Below the pieces are notes generated by a model. The model was not told the DNA's origin and did no database searches. It was given only the letters and a program-made list of their open reading frames with translations. From a virus (lineage: Duplodnaviria > Caudoviricetes): a stretch of DNA of 53,916 bases. Position 1 is the stretch's first letter, and each line of letters starts with the position of its first letter. The translations under genes and the position numbers were made by a program. This document shows, piece after piece, positions 8,112-16,824 of the stretch. The DNA is taken from IMG/VR virus record IMGVR_UViG_3300035438_000711, positions 1-53,916 of that record; one strand, 5' to 3'.

Positions 8112-8468
8112 CTAATCTCTAAAGCCCTCGAATATTTCGCGGGCCTCCGGGGAGAGGCTGATTTCCGGCATCCGGTATGGCTGCGGCTTGATGCCCTGAC
8201 GCCGCAGTTCCGTTTCTTCGTCCCAGCCAGCACGCACCTCGGCCGCGCGGGCTATCAGTTCGGCGGGCGTCGGGTCTTTTGTTTCGCCACGCTGCGGTCG
8301 GAAGCGGAGCCGCCGGTCGTGTCGCGGCGGCAAGTCGGCGACTGTCTTCAGGCGAATCAACTGGTCTTTCGTGATTGTCCAATGCGTGCAGATGTAGTGC
8401 ATCGACAGGTGCGATGCCCACTGAACCCGCAACGTCTTGAAGTCAATCGCCGCCGTGTTACCCGCCAC
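8112..8468 (-). CDS. Hypothetical protein, possibly DNA-binding
   Basis: 118 aa, GAGG RBS, basic. Confidence 0.65.
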   Translation of the reverse strand: MAGNTAAIDFKTLRVQWASHLSMHYICTHWTITKDQLIRLKTVADLPPRHDRRLRFRPQRGETKDPTPAELIARAAEVRAGWDEETELRRQGIKPQPYRMPEISLSPEAREIFEGFRD

Positions 8469-9336
8469 GCTTGCCCTCCTCTGGAAGCCAGAAGGAAACG
8501 CACCGCATCGACGGGTTCAGCGCGAAACGCTTCTGCGTTGCCGCTGCGATAGACGAATGAAACACAACGTGTTCGCAGTCGTCGCCGCCATAGGTGCCAG
8601 CAAGGTAGGCATCGCCCCGATAGATCGCCAGTTGCCCGAACGCGGAATTGAATCGCACCGGCGTCGAGCCGACGGGCGGGTGCCAGTGGAAAAACCATTG
8701 CTGATCCCGCTGCCGCCAGTGGTTGAGCCGTGCAGCAAAAGCGTCGTAGTGAACGGCTATGGGCTTCGGTGATACGGGTGGCCCCCACTCGCCCCACGAA
8801 TACGCCGCCAGCCCGTAGAGGTCGCGGTCTGCATCCAGCCACGCAATAGAGTTCGCCACGCCGTCTACGCTGAACCCACCCCACGGGTCGGCGTCAAACA
8901 CAATCACATAGTCGGGGGCTTCGCCGTTCCGCACGAACCACTGGCACGCCGTGCGGTACTCGGCTAGGGCGTGCGTTCGCACCGGTGCGGTCGTCAGGTT
9001 GAGATGCGGGCGACCGTTCGTATTCAGACTCGCGTGCCGCTGCTGCCCGTTCTGCCACGCGGCAAGCACCTCTTTCGTATCGTCAGCCGAATCGTTCTCA
9101 TAAACAAACGCCGACCACTCGCGGAACATCGCCCCGGTCTCTTCGACCAACGCCAGCGTCCGCGGCAGCCATGGCATCGCGTTGCGGCAGATAGCAACGA
9201 AGGCAACGGTCGCGTCCTTTGCCAATCGGCGACCGGCCGCGGCCTTGTCGCGGTAGTCGTCCGCGAACTCTGCGTCGGGCGGCAGCAGCACGTCGGGATG
9301 GTGGCGGGCGATCTCGTCAAGCGTCACGCTGGGCAT
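8458..9336 (-). CDS. Glycosyltransferase, CAP59/GT69 mannosyltransferase-like
   Basis: VYENDSADDT, LAEYR, VIVFDAD, YDAFA, NSAFGQLAIY, CEHVVFH motifs. Confidence 0.75.
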   Translation of the reverse strand: MPSVTLDEIARHHPDVLLPPDAEFADDYRDKAAAGRRLAKDATVAFVAICRNAMPWLPRTLALVEETGAMFREWSAFVYENDSADDTKEVLAAWQNGQQRHASLNTNGRPHLNLTTAPVRTHALAEYRTACQWFVRNGEAPDYVIVFDADPWGGFSVDGVANSIAWLDADRDLYGLAAYSWGEWGPPVSPKPIAVHYDAFAARLNHWRQRDQQWFFHWHPPVGSTPVRFNSAFGQLAIYRGDAYLAGTYGGDDCEHVVFHSSIAAATQKRFALNPSMRCVSFWLPEEGKRGG

Positions 9337-9964
9337 CGGCTCCCTCCTGCGGCCACGGGTGGTGCACCAGCCGCCCCGTCACGGCCATCGTCGTCAGTTC
9401 GGGGTATGCGTACGTGCCGGTGACGCTCATCTCGCCCTCGGCCCGGCCCGTGCCCTTGTGGTTGTGAAGCGTGCGGATCGAGAGTGCCGGGTTGACTACG
9501 GAGTAGCCCGCCTCCATTGCCTCGCCTGCAATCGCGTTATCGCAGCCGATGTAGCCCAGCGGAATGCGGTCGCCAATCCCAACAAGTTCGCCGCCTACAA
9601 ATGCCCACACGTCTTGTGAACCAGAATAGAAACGCTCGCCCTTGTACTGTCCGACCATGCGGGGCGTCGCCGGGGACTCCCACCGGGTCAACGTCACGAA
9701 CCGTTTCGGTTCAGCGACCGCCCCCTCCAGCAGCCGGGCCGTGTGGTTGAACTGAATGTCGGAGTTCGCCAGCACGCACACGCGGCGAGGATACCGCTCG
9801 GCACACATGCGAAAAACCTGCCCGTACCGCAGCCGCTCGTCGCCGTTGCTCACCGGCACAACGTCTTCAAAGATGCCAAGTTCCACGTTCGCCTTGAACG
9901 TGCCGTCGAGTTCGGCGATCCGCTCGGAGTCGTTCGGCCTGTAGTGTTCAAAAATCAGAATCAC
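9317..9964 (-). CDS. Putative glycosyltransferase (GT-A-like)
   Basis: LANSDI, LTRWE, SQDVW, LGYIGCDN, NP...H.H motifs; in a GT cluster. Confidence 0.55.
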   Translation of the reverse strand: MILIFEHYRPNDSERIAELDGTFKANVELGIFEDVVPVSNGDERLRYGQVFRMCAERYPRRVCVLANSDIQFNHTARLLEGAVAEPKRFVTLTRWESPATPRMVGQYKGERFYSGSQDVWAFVGGELVGIGDRIPLGYIGCDNAIAGEAMEAGYSVVNPALSIRTLHNHKGTGRAEGEMSVTGTYAYPELTTMAVTGRLVHHPWPQEGADAQRDA

Positions 9965-10659
9965 AGCAGCGGCTCCGTTTCCACAAAGTCGCGGACGATG
10001 CCGCCGCCCAAGTCGTCGGCGGTGATAGGCACATGGTGATACTGCGCGTGCCACTCCGCGTTAGCGACGTGCGTGCCTTTCTCAGCCCCGATGTTTTGGA
10101 TGCGGCTCACCGTCGGGAACGCCTCCCAGCGGGTGCCGCGGATGTGGTTGTTCAAGATGATGTCCCACGAGGGGCCGTCTTTGCTCGTCCATTGCGGGGC
10201 GATCTCAACCCATCGGTTCGCCCACGTGCCCCAGCCCCACGGCGTGAACCACCGGCGGGTGCCGCACTGGTCTGGCTTGCCGTTGCTCTGCTGCTGGTAG
10301 CCCGACACTGTCATGACGTGCGGGTCGTGCCGGTACTGGTCGCGTGCCCAAGAGAACCACAGCAACGCGTCGCGGGTCGGTACGCAGTCGTCTTCAAAGT
10401 GGACATGGAACTCCGACTGCATGATCTCGAACCCGTACCGCATCGACGTGTAGATCGCGTCGTTGCACCCAGCGTGAGCAGTCAACGCCAAAGATTGAAA
10501 CCCGTGGCTGGCGGCGATCTCCCGCGACTGCTGGGTTTCCTCGCACGGGTCGAGCAGCACGACCACGCGGCAACTCGACACGCCGATGCAACGCGACACG
10601 GCTTGACAGGTTTGGTCAAGGTACTCGGGCCGGTTGTATCCGCTGATGGTTATGTTCAC
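9961..10659 (-). CDS. Glycosyltransferase, GT2/GNT-I-like
   Basis: YNRPEYL, FEDD, PWGWGTW, SWD, SRIQNIG motifs. Confidence 0.8.
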   Translation of the reverse strand: MNITISGYNRPEYLDQTCQAVSRCIGVSSCRVVVLLDPCEETQQSREIAASHGFQSLALTAHAGCNDAIYTSMRYGFEIMQSEFHVHFEDDCVPTRDALLWFSWARDQYRHDPHVMTVSGYQQQSNGKPDQCGTRRWFTPWGWGTWANRWVEIAPQWTSKDGPSWDIILNNHIRGTRWEAFPTVSRIQNIGAEKGTHVANAEWHAQYHHVPITADDLGGGIVRDFVETEPLL

Positions 10660-11267
10660 CGAACAATGTCCTCAAGCCGATTTCGCAAGGCGTCGCACCG
10701 CTGCTGCGTCGGTGCACCGCATGGGTGATAAACCAAGTCGCCGGGTTTCCAGAAACACTTTCCGCAATCAACCGAGTTGAACGCTCTAGCGTGAGCCACA
10801 GTGACCACGCCCGCGAGAGAGTGCATATTGTCACGCAGCCAGCACTGAAGCATGAACGGCGAGTCAATCCACTCGGCAGGACGATTAGCCAAGTAGTCAA
10901 GCAGCCGCTTCGTCTCTGCGGTCGCCTTCCACACAATCGAGTCGGCGTTGAATAGCGTGTGCGGGCCAAGCAACTCCTCGCAAATCGTCATGTGCGGGCC
11001 AAGTTCAGCAACGTCCGCAATGCACACTGCATGATTCGTGATCAAGCAGTCTGCCCCCAAAGTCCAAACGAGGTCGTAAGACTCAAGCAGCAGGCGAGTG
11101 AGCAACAGCGACTCAACCGCACAGACTGGATACGTGCCGGGCAACGCAACAATCGTGTAGCCGTGCCGGATGCCGTACTCAAGGCGGCTCGGCATCACAA
11201 TCGACGCCCACGGAGTCCCCTCGCTGACTGACGTGACGATTGCAACGCGAGGCATTTCAAGGCTCAT
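10656..11267 (-). CDS. Glycosyltransferase, GT34 (GMA12/MNN10)-like, degenerate
   Basis: EYGIRHGY, YDLVWTLGADCLITN, FNS, WKPGDLVYH; DxD appears as GAD. Confidence 0.65.
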   Translation of the reverse strand: MSLEMPRVAIVTSVSEGTPWASIVMPSRLEYGIRHGYTIVALPGTYPVCAVESLLLTRLLLESYDLVWTLGADCLITNHAVCIADVAELGPHMTICEELLGPHTLFNADSIVWKATAETKRLLDYLANRPAEWIDSPFMLQCWLRDNMHSLAGVVTVAHARAFNSVDCGKCFWKPGDLVYHPCGAPTQQRCDALRNRLEDIVR

Positions 11268-11355
11268 GCCGCACACTATGCCAGCCGCGTCAAGAAACTT
11301 GGCCGCGTCGCCGCCGGGGTGCTTGGGCACACCCCGGCGGCGAGGGCCGGGCGGG

Positions 11356-11655
11356 CTAGCGGTAGCGAATCACCGCGTAGTAGCGGCGAGTGACCGGCGA
11401 GTAGGCGATGCCCTCCTCGATGATCGTCTTCCGCCCGAAGTAGCAGCACGCGCGGCGGGCTGCTTCGGGCGTGCTGCCCATACCGATACCCTCCGTCTGG
11501 CTGCACTGGCTGTGAACCAGTGAGCCACGGCGGGCAATGATCGTCGCGTGATCCTGTGCAGTAATCACCGAACCGCCGCGACGAACGACAACCGTGCCAT
11601 CAGCCACGGCAAGCGTGGCAACCGAAGCAATCAGCAGAGCAAAAGCAAAACGCAT
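11356..11655 (-). CDS. Small secreted protein, truncated CAP/SCP-like
   Basis: Signal peptide; HATIIARRGSLVHS...EGIG...CCY. Confidence 0.55.
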   Translation of the reverse strand: MRFAFALLIASVATLAVADGTVVVRRGGSVITAQDHATIIARRGSLVHSQCSQTEGIGMGSTPEAARRACCYFGRKTIIEEGIAYSPVTRRYYAVIRYR

Positions 11656-11693
11656 CGCATCCTCCTTGATGAAAAGAACGGGAACCCAAACAA

Positions 11694-12803
11694 CTACTCA
11701 AGAGGCATCACCAGCCCCATGTGGCAATCAGTTCGCATGATGAACGCACCGCCGCTGCCGTGCGTCACGACGCTGACGGTCGGCTCGCCGTCGGCGGGCA
11801 ACCCGGCCAGCCACTCGCTGACGTAGGCCGGATCGAGTTTGACCGTACACTCCGCACCAAACTCCACCAGCGGGCACGAAACCTCCGACTGCCCCGCCTC
11901 CGAACTCTGCCCCCGCAGCAGCACGGCCCCGTCGGTGAACGTGAACACCACGCCGCGGCTCGAATCGCTGGTGCAAATCGCAGCGGCACGCGTTGCCCCC
12001 AGCAAGTCGTCAATCGTCACGGTCGTCGGGTCGGCCCCGCCTTCCGGCACGACGTTCCTCCAGTTCGGGAACTTGCCACCCAGCAGCCGGGCGGTCACGG
12101 TCATGCGACCGATGGACGCCACGACCTCATTGTTCGTCGCCTCCATCTGCACCGAGCCTTCGTCGCCGCACATGGCCGCGATCCTCGCCATAGCCTTGAT
12201 GGCCCGCACCGGAACCAGCGTCAGCGAATCGTCCACGGCGAAGTCGTGCTCGATCTCCGCGGTGGAAAGACGCCGCCCGTCCGTACCCACGAACGTCACG
12301 GTGTCTTCGTGAACGTCGATCAGCACGCCGCCCATAGCGAACCGGCTGCTCGTATCGTCCGCCGCAGACACGACGGAGTTGACCGCACGCACGAACTGGT
12401 CGGCAGGGATGCGGGGCAGGGGCTTTGCCCCGGTCACGTCCCACGCCGGATACGCCGCCACGTCTTCGGTCGGCAGCGTCCACGTCCCCGCACCAGCCGC
12501 AACGGTGCAGGAAGTATCCCGCCCGGTAAACGTCACGTTCGTAGACCCCGCCGCGTTCAAGATCGCCATGAGCCGCGCGTGCGGCACAAGCATCGGTGCC
12601 GCGTTGAAGCCATCCAGCGGTGCCGTCACGCGAAGGTCGCCATCGCACGTCGTCACGAACCCGCCGCCGATCAGTGCATTGAACAGCACCGCGTTCGGCG
12701 TCCGCGTTGGCACCGCGTCCTTGACCAACTGCAAGGCCGCTTTGACTTCACCGGCGTTCAATGTTGTGCCAGTAATCTTTTGAGTCTTTGTAGCCGCTGA
12801 CAT
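11694..12803 (-). CDS. dnaN: DNA polymerase III beta sliding clamp
   Basis: 369 aa; SRFAMGGVL, VGTDGRRLS, RLLGGKFPNWRNVVP, C-terminal LVMP. Confidence 0.92.
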   Translation of the reverse strand: MSAATKTQKITGTTLNAGEVKAALQLVKDAVPTRTPNAVLFNALIGGGFVTTCDGDLRVTAPLDGFNAAPMLVPHARLMAILNAAGSTNVTFTGRDTSCTVAAGAGTWTLPTEDVAAYPAWDVTGAKPLPRIPADQFVRAVNSVVSAADDTSSRFAMGGVLIDVHEDTVTFVGTDGRRLSTAEIEHDFAVDDSLTLVPVRAIKAMARIAAMCGDEGSVQMEATNNEVVASIGRMTVTARLLGGKFPNWRNVVPEGGADPTTVTIDDLLGATRAAAICTSDSSRGVVFTFTDGAVLLRGQSSEAGQSEVSCPLVEFGAECTVKLDPAYVSEWLAGLPADGEPTVSVVTHGSGGAFIMRTDCHMGLVMPLE

Positions 12804-12912
12804 TCTTCGCTTCCTTTCGAGAGAACGACATACCCACCGCGATGCCAAGCAGGAACCATCCTGTTTGAAACACCGCACCAAGACAGACGCATACCACTTG
12901 TTCGATTGTCAT
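12748..12912 (-). CDS. Small membrane protein (not in ORF track)
   Basis: 54 aa MTIEQVVCVCLGAVFQTGWFLLGIAVG...; ATGA-coupled to upstream gene. Confidence 0.55.
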   Translation of the reverse strand: MTIEQVVCVCLGAVFQTGWFLLGIAVGMSFSRKEAKNVSGYKDSKDYWHNIERR

Positions 12913-13160
12913 TGACGCACCACCCCGCCGTTGCCTTCGTCGTCGGTCACTTCAACTGAAGTGATCGGCGCGAAGATGTTCATGATCTTTTCGGCAAGCA
13001 CCAGCGGCTCGTCGTCGTCGGTGGCAAGGGTCGATACCAGCATTGCGATCTCGTCTGCCATCTCTTGGCAGTGGTCGCACTGCGACTCGTCAGCGTCGAT
13101 CCGCAACTTGATCGACAGCGGGCCAACAGCCACCTTTCGGGTCAGTTCGTAAGCACGCAT
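12909..13160 (-). CDS. Hypothetical protein
   Basis: AAGGAGG RBS before ATG 13160. Confidence 0.7.
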   Translation of the reverse strand: MRAYELTRKVAVGPLSIKLRIDADESQCDHCQEMADEIAMLVSTLATDDDEPLVLAEKIMNIFAPITSVEVTDDEGNGGVVRQ

Positions 13161-13419
13161 CTGCTTCCTCCTTGCTTGTGACAACGTGACACACGGCTCC
13201 TCCCTGTGTCTCAATCTCGTTCATCCGCCTGCGTTGAATCTCGGTGGGCTTCTTCCCCGGCTGCTTCACCTCAAGGAACACCGCACGCCCGTGCTGCAGG
13301 CACAACAAGTCTGGCACGCCCGCCAACTGGTACGGCCCGCCGTGAATCTTCATGACCCACCAGCCTTGCTGTTTGGCTAGCCGAACAATCGACGCGACGA
13401 TAGCGGACTCTAGCGGCAT
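13090..13419 (-). CDS. VRR-NUC domain nuclease
   Basis: ESAI...GVPDL...FLEVKQPGKKPTEIQ. Confidence 0.9.
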   Translation of the reverse strand: MPLESAIVASIVRLAKQQGWWVMKIHGGPYQLAGVPDLLCLQHGRAVFLEVKQPGKKPTEIQRRRMNEIETQGGAVCHVVTSKEEADACLRTDPKGGCWPAVDQVADRR

Positions 13420-14132
13420 TCCTTTGCCCTCTCCACGGCGTCGCCATTAAAGCAGCGACGGCACGATTCGCATACCCGAACAATCGACTCGTTCAAGTTA
13501 AGGGGGCAATCGTCCTCGATGGGGGCCGATCCGTCAAGGTCATATTTGTTGCGAAACACGACCGGTGCTATCGCTGCTGGCGGCACCTCGCCGTCGTCGC
13601 ATTGGTACGAATGAAACCACTGCAAGCCAGCGGGAGCGATGCCGCGAAACTCTTCCAGCCTTGCCCATGATGCCTTGTCTACGGAGAAGTGCACGAACAC
13701 GTTTCGTGCGGGCGTTATCTTTGCGGCCAACTCTGGCCTCCGCGTCACAACCCACTGCGGCATGAACGGCAGTTCGTTTGCTACCGCCGCGATGCACGCG
13801 GGCGTTTCTTCCACCAAGTCGCCGCCGCCGTTCCACCGCACGAATGTCAGCCGCAGCCGCTGCGTCCACTCGACGATGCGGACGGCAAGGCGGGCGGGGT
13901 CAGCCCGCAGGGTGTTGAGCAGCCGGTGCTGCTTGTCGAGGCTCTGCCGCCACGTCGATGGCCCGGCGGCGAAGTAGCACGTATCGGCACACACCGTCGT
14001 CGGGCGGCACGTTCCGATGATCGGGAAGTTGAGACTGTGCCCCGTGACCTTGTTGGTCGAGAACGGATTCTCGCCGTCGTGCAATTCGTCTTCGTGGCCC
14101 TGCGGCTTGCGGGCGAGAGTGGCAACGCTCAT
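13410..14132 (-). CDS. Gp88-like (radical-SAM-related) Cys-cluster protein
   Basis: TCRPTTVCADTCY, VRWNGGGD, C-terminal CP...CESCRRC. Confidence 0.7.
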   Translation of the reverse strand: MSVATLARKPQGHEDELHDGENPFSTNKVTGHSLNFPIIGTCRPTTVCADTCYFAAGPSTWRQSLDKQHRLLNTLRADPARLAVRIVEWTQRLRLTFVRWNGGGDLVEETPACIAAVANELPFMPQWVVTRRPELAAKITPARNVFVHFSVDKASWARLEEFRGIAPAGLQWFHSYQCDDGEVPPAAIAPVVFRNKYDLDGSAPIEDDCPLNLNESIVRVCESCRRCFNGDAVERAKECR

Positions 14133-14153
14133 GCGGCCACCTGACCAGACCTG

Positions 14154-14504
14154 TCAAGCGGTAGCCGCCGTCAGGTATTCCGCGATCCGGTCGCGGAGTT
14201 TCTCGTTCGTGTCCCGCAGATGCTCAAGGTACGCCCGCCCGTTTGTCTCGCCGTCAGCCTCGGCGAACGTCATGCCTTCAAACCGCCCGAACTGGAAGCG
14301 GAACTCAGGCCGGTTGGCCTGCGGCTCTGCCGCGACGGGCCGGGGTGCGGCTGCGGCCAGCACCATCACGCCGCAGAAGCAGCACTCCACCACGTCGTGC
14401 GGCGTGCTGCGGCCACGCTCCCGCACCATGCGGGTGTCGATTGCTTCCCATGCCGTTGCCTCGCAGCGGTAGCAGGGTTCGGGGTGTGGGTGGAAGACGA
14501 TCAT
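14154..14504 (-). CDS. Zinc-finger hypothetical protein
   Basis: CYRC...CCFC plus FQFGRFEG motif. Confidence 0.65.
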   Translation of the reverse strand: MIVFHPHPEPCYRCEATAWEAIDTRMVRERGRSTPHDVVECCFCGVMVLAAAAPRPVAAEPQANRPEFRFQFGRFEGMTFAEADGETNGRAYLEHLRDTNEKLRDRIAEYLTAATA

Positions 14505-14923
14505 GCGCAGCCCTCCCATAGCGTTTGCTGGATCGCCTCTTCGCAACTGCCGCCGGTCGTGAACACGGCCCAGTTGTCTCGGCACCGCCAGTAGCGGCGA
14601 ACCACAATGCTGTTCGGCCAGCGTCCACGCGAGCCGCATAGCATCTGTGCCGGAATGAAAAGCCGCGTGCCCTTAAAGTTTATTGCCAGCACATCGAAGT
14701 CCGTTCGCTTATACCGCCGCGTGCCACCCTTGCCGTAGGACTTGCCCACGCGAATACGCCCGTCGGCGTCGCTGGTGATGTTCTTGCATTGCACCTTCAT
14801 CCCGTTCACAACCGCATCGTGCGGTCGGCAACCGGGCACGCGTCTCGCCTTGAGGCCGTTGCCCTTTGCGAGAGCAACGAACTCCTGCTCCCAAGACTCC
14901 CCGGCGATTGCAGGGTTGAGCAT
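14501..14923 (-). CDS. PD-(D/E)XK nuclease-like protein
   Basis: GESWE...PHD...KVQCK...Y..TDFD; TGATG coupling. Confidence 0.65.
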   Translation of the reverse strand: MLNPAIAGESWEQEFVALAKGNGLKARRVPGCRPHDAVVNGMKVQCKNITSDADGRIRVGKSYGKGGTRRYKRTDFDVLAINFKGTRLFIPAQMLCGSRGRWPNSIVVRRYWRCRDNWAVFTTGGSCEEAIQQTLWEGCA

Positions 14924-16569
14924 CACAGCACCTCCATGCGGGGCACCGGCTTGCCGTGCCGCCCCTCGTTGACGATGTACAGATTCCGCCGTGCCCGCGT
15001 CACGCCGACGTAGGCCACCCGGCACTCCTCGTCATGTTGTGCGGGGCAGTCATCGCGGCCCTGCTCCACACGCTTAGCAACCGTAGTGAGCAAGGCCACG
15101 TTGTCGGCCTCCATCCCTTTGACCGAATGAATCGTGCCCACGCGGATGCGGGAGTTAGACGCCAGTTCCTCGCCCCACAGTTCAGCGTGCCGCCGCCAGC
15201 CTTCCGCACGATCCACCAGCCCGCACCACGCACCGCTGCGGATGCTGGCGATCAAAGGTGCGGTCGCGCCGACCTTCTCCAACTCGTTCGGAAACACCAC
15301 GTCCATCTTGCTGGCGTGCTGCCTCGCCCATCCGGTCTTAATGCCGCGAGCCAGCATCGGCTCCTTGTGTTTGTTGATCGTGGGCAGCAACTCAATCGCA
15401 CGACCCCACGCAACGCCGCTCACCGGCCTGCCCTTCTCCAACGCGTAGAGCGCGGCAAGCCCCTGCCCGCGAACCGTCGAGCCGTCTGTCTGCTTGACCC
15501 ACCGCGACGGCTTGCCCGCCGCACTGAGCGAAGCGTGCAGCCGCCCCGCGTCGAAGTTCGAGCGGGCGATGAACAGCCAATCCTCGTCGGGTCGTGCCCG
15601 CGACAGCGGCACCTCTGTCTCGGTGTCGAAGATTTGTCCTTCGTGATCCGCAGGAGATACGCCGCGGTCGAAGTACCCCTTGTGCATCCGCCGCAGGCAC
15701 CGCTCGCCAAGTTCCAAAATCGGCTTGGGGCAGCGGTACGATTTCGGCATCGTCCTTTCCTTCTCCGCAGGCCAGCCAAGGAAACACTCGGCACTGCTCC
15801 CGGCGAAACCGAATATCGCTTGGAACGGATCGCCCACGACGTAGCACCACCGCACCGTCGGTGCCGACACCAGCCGCTTGCAGGCCGCGTCGAGCAACGG
15901 GCTGGCGTCTTGCTGCTCGTCAAACAGCCACGCCGATACCGGCGGCAAGTAGCCCTCCGGTTCAACGCGGCTCACGCCTTCGGTCGTGTCCACGCGTAGC
16001 CCGGTGAAGCGGAGCAGGAGGTCGGAAAAGTCGAGCCGGTCACCGACACGCTTCGCACCCTCGTACCGTTCGGCTATCCGAACAACGGCAGCATAGTCTG
16101 GCACGTCGTCGTCCAGCCGCCGTGCCCGCCGCACCACTTCGGCCAGCGGCAAGAGCGTGTTGCGGGCGTGATCCCACGCGTTGAGTGCCGCCCCCTCTTG
16201 ACCGCCGACAAACTTCTGCCGCCCGGTGTCCTCGTCAATGCTGGTCGAGACCCGCACGCCGAGAGCGTTGCTGATCCACTCCACGTCGGCCGCCTTGCTG
16301 CCGATCAGTTGACCCTGCCCAACGTCGAGGCACCGCTTCGCGGTGGAGTGAACCGTGCGGAACCAGCCGTCGCCGTCGAGCAGGGTGTGCGGAACTCCCC
16401 ACGCCGCCGCCGCCCGGCTCACCGCCTCGGCACGGGCCGCGCGGGTGAACGACGCGAAGCCCAACCGCAGCGGGTCGTTCCCCAGTTTGGGCAACGCCGC
16501 CTCCATGATGTTCAGCAGTTCGGTTGTCTTGCCGCTCCCGGCGGCACCGATCAGTCTGGCGATTTGCAC
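14923..16569 (-). CDS. UvrD/REP-like superfamily 1 helicase
   Basis: GAAGSGKTT, DEQQD, VGDPFQAIFGF, SYRCP, TIHSVKGMEAD, YVGVTRAR. Confidence 0.93.
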   Translation of the reverse strand: MQIARLIGAAGSGKTTELLNIMEAALPKLGNDPLRLGFASFTRAARAEAVSRAAAAWGVPHTLLDGDGWFRTVHSTAKRCLDVGQGQLIGSKAADVEWISNALGVRVSTSIDEDTGRQKFVGGQEGAALNAWDHARNTLLPLAEVVRRARRLDDDVPDYAAVVRIAERYEGAKRVGDRLDFSDLLLRFTGLRVDTTEGVSRVEPEGYLPPVSAWLFDEQQDASPLLDAACKRLVSAPTVRWCYVVGDPFQAIFGFAGSSAECFLGWPAEKERTMPKSYRCPKPILELGERCLRRMHKGYFDRGVSPADHEGQIFDTETEVPLSRARPDEDWLFIARSNFDAGRLHASLSAAGKPSRWVKQTDGSTVRGQGLAALYALEKGRPVSGVAWGRAIELLPTINKHKEPMLARGIKTGWARQHASKMDVVFPNELEKVGATAPLIASIRSGAWCGLVDRAEGWRRHAELWGEELASNSRIRVGTIHSVKGMEADNVALLTTVAKRVEQGRDDCPAQHDEECRVAYVGVTRARRNLYIVNEGRHGKPVPRMEVL

Positions 16570-16570
16570 G

Positions 16571-16824
16571 CAATCCCCTTCTTATAATTGGCCCTCGGAA
16601 TAACTCCGACGACGGTAAAAAGTCCGCGGTGATCCGTAACATGGGCACTCTGACCCACCGTTTGACGACGATTCGAGAAAACACCCTCTTGCACAAAAGT
16701 TTTCGCGGCGGTTTTCGCGGCACGTTTCACCGCGTAAAAACAAGTACAGATCGCACATTGCCGGGGAAACCGAGCGGCTCCGAACAACTTTTTAGGCATG
16801 ATAAAAATCCCCCTAGAGTAGGGA
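16571..16824. other. Putative replication origin (multi-block element, full copy)
   Basis: Non-coding gap between primase and helicase genes; TTTTCGCGG repeats; homologous to 25717-25944. Confidence 0.6.
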
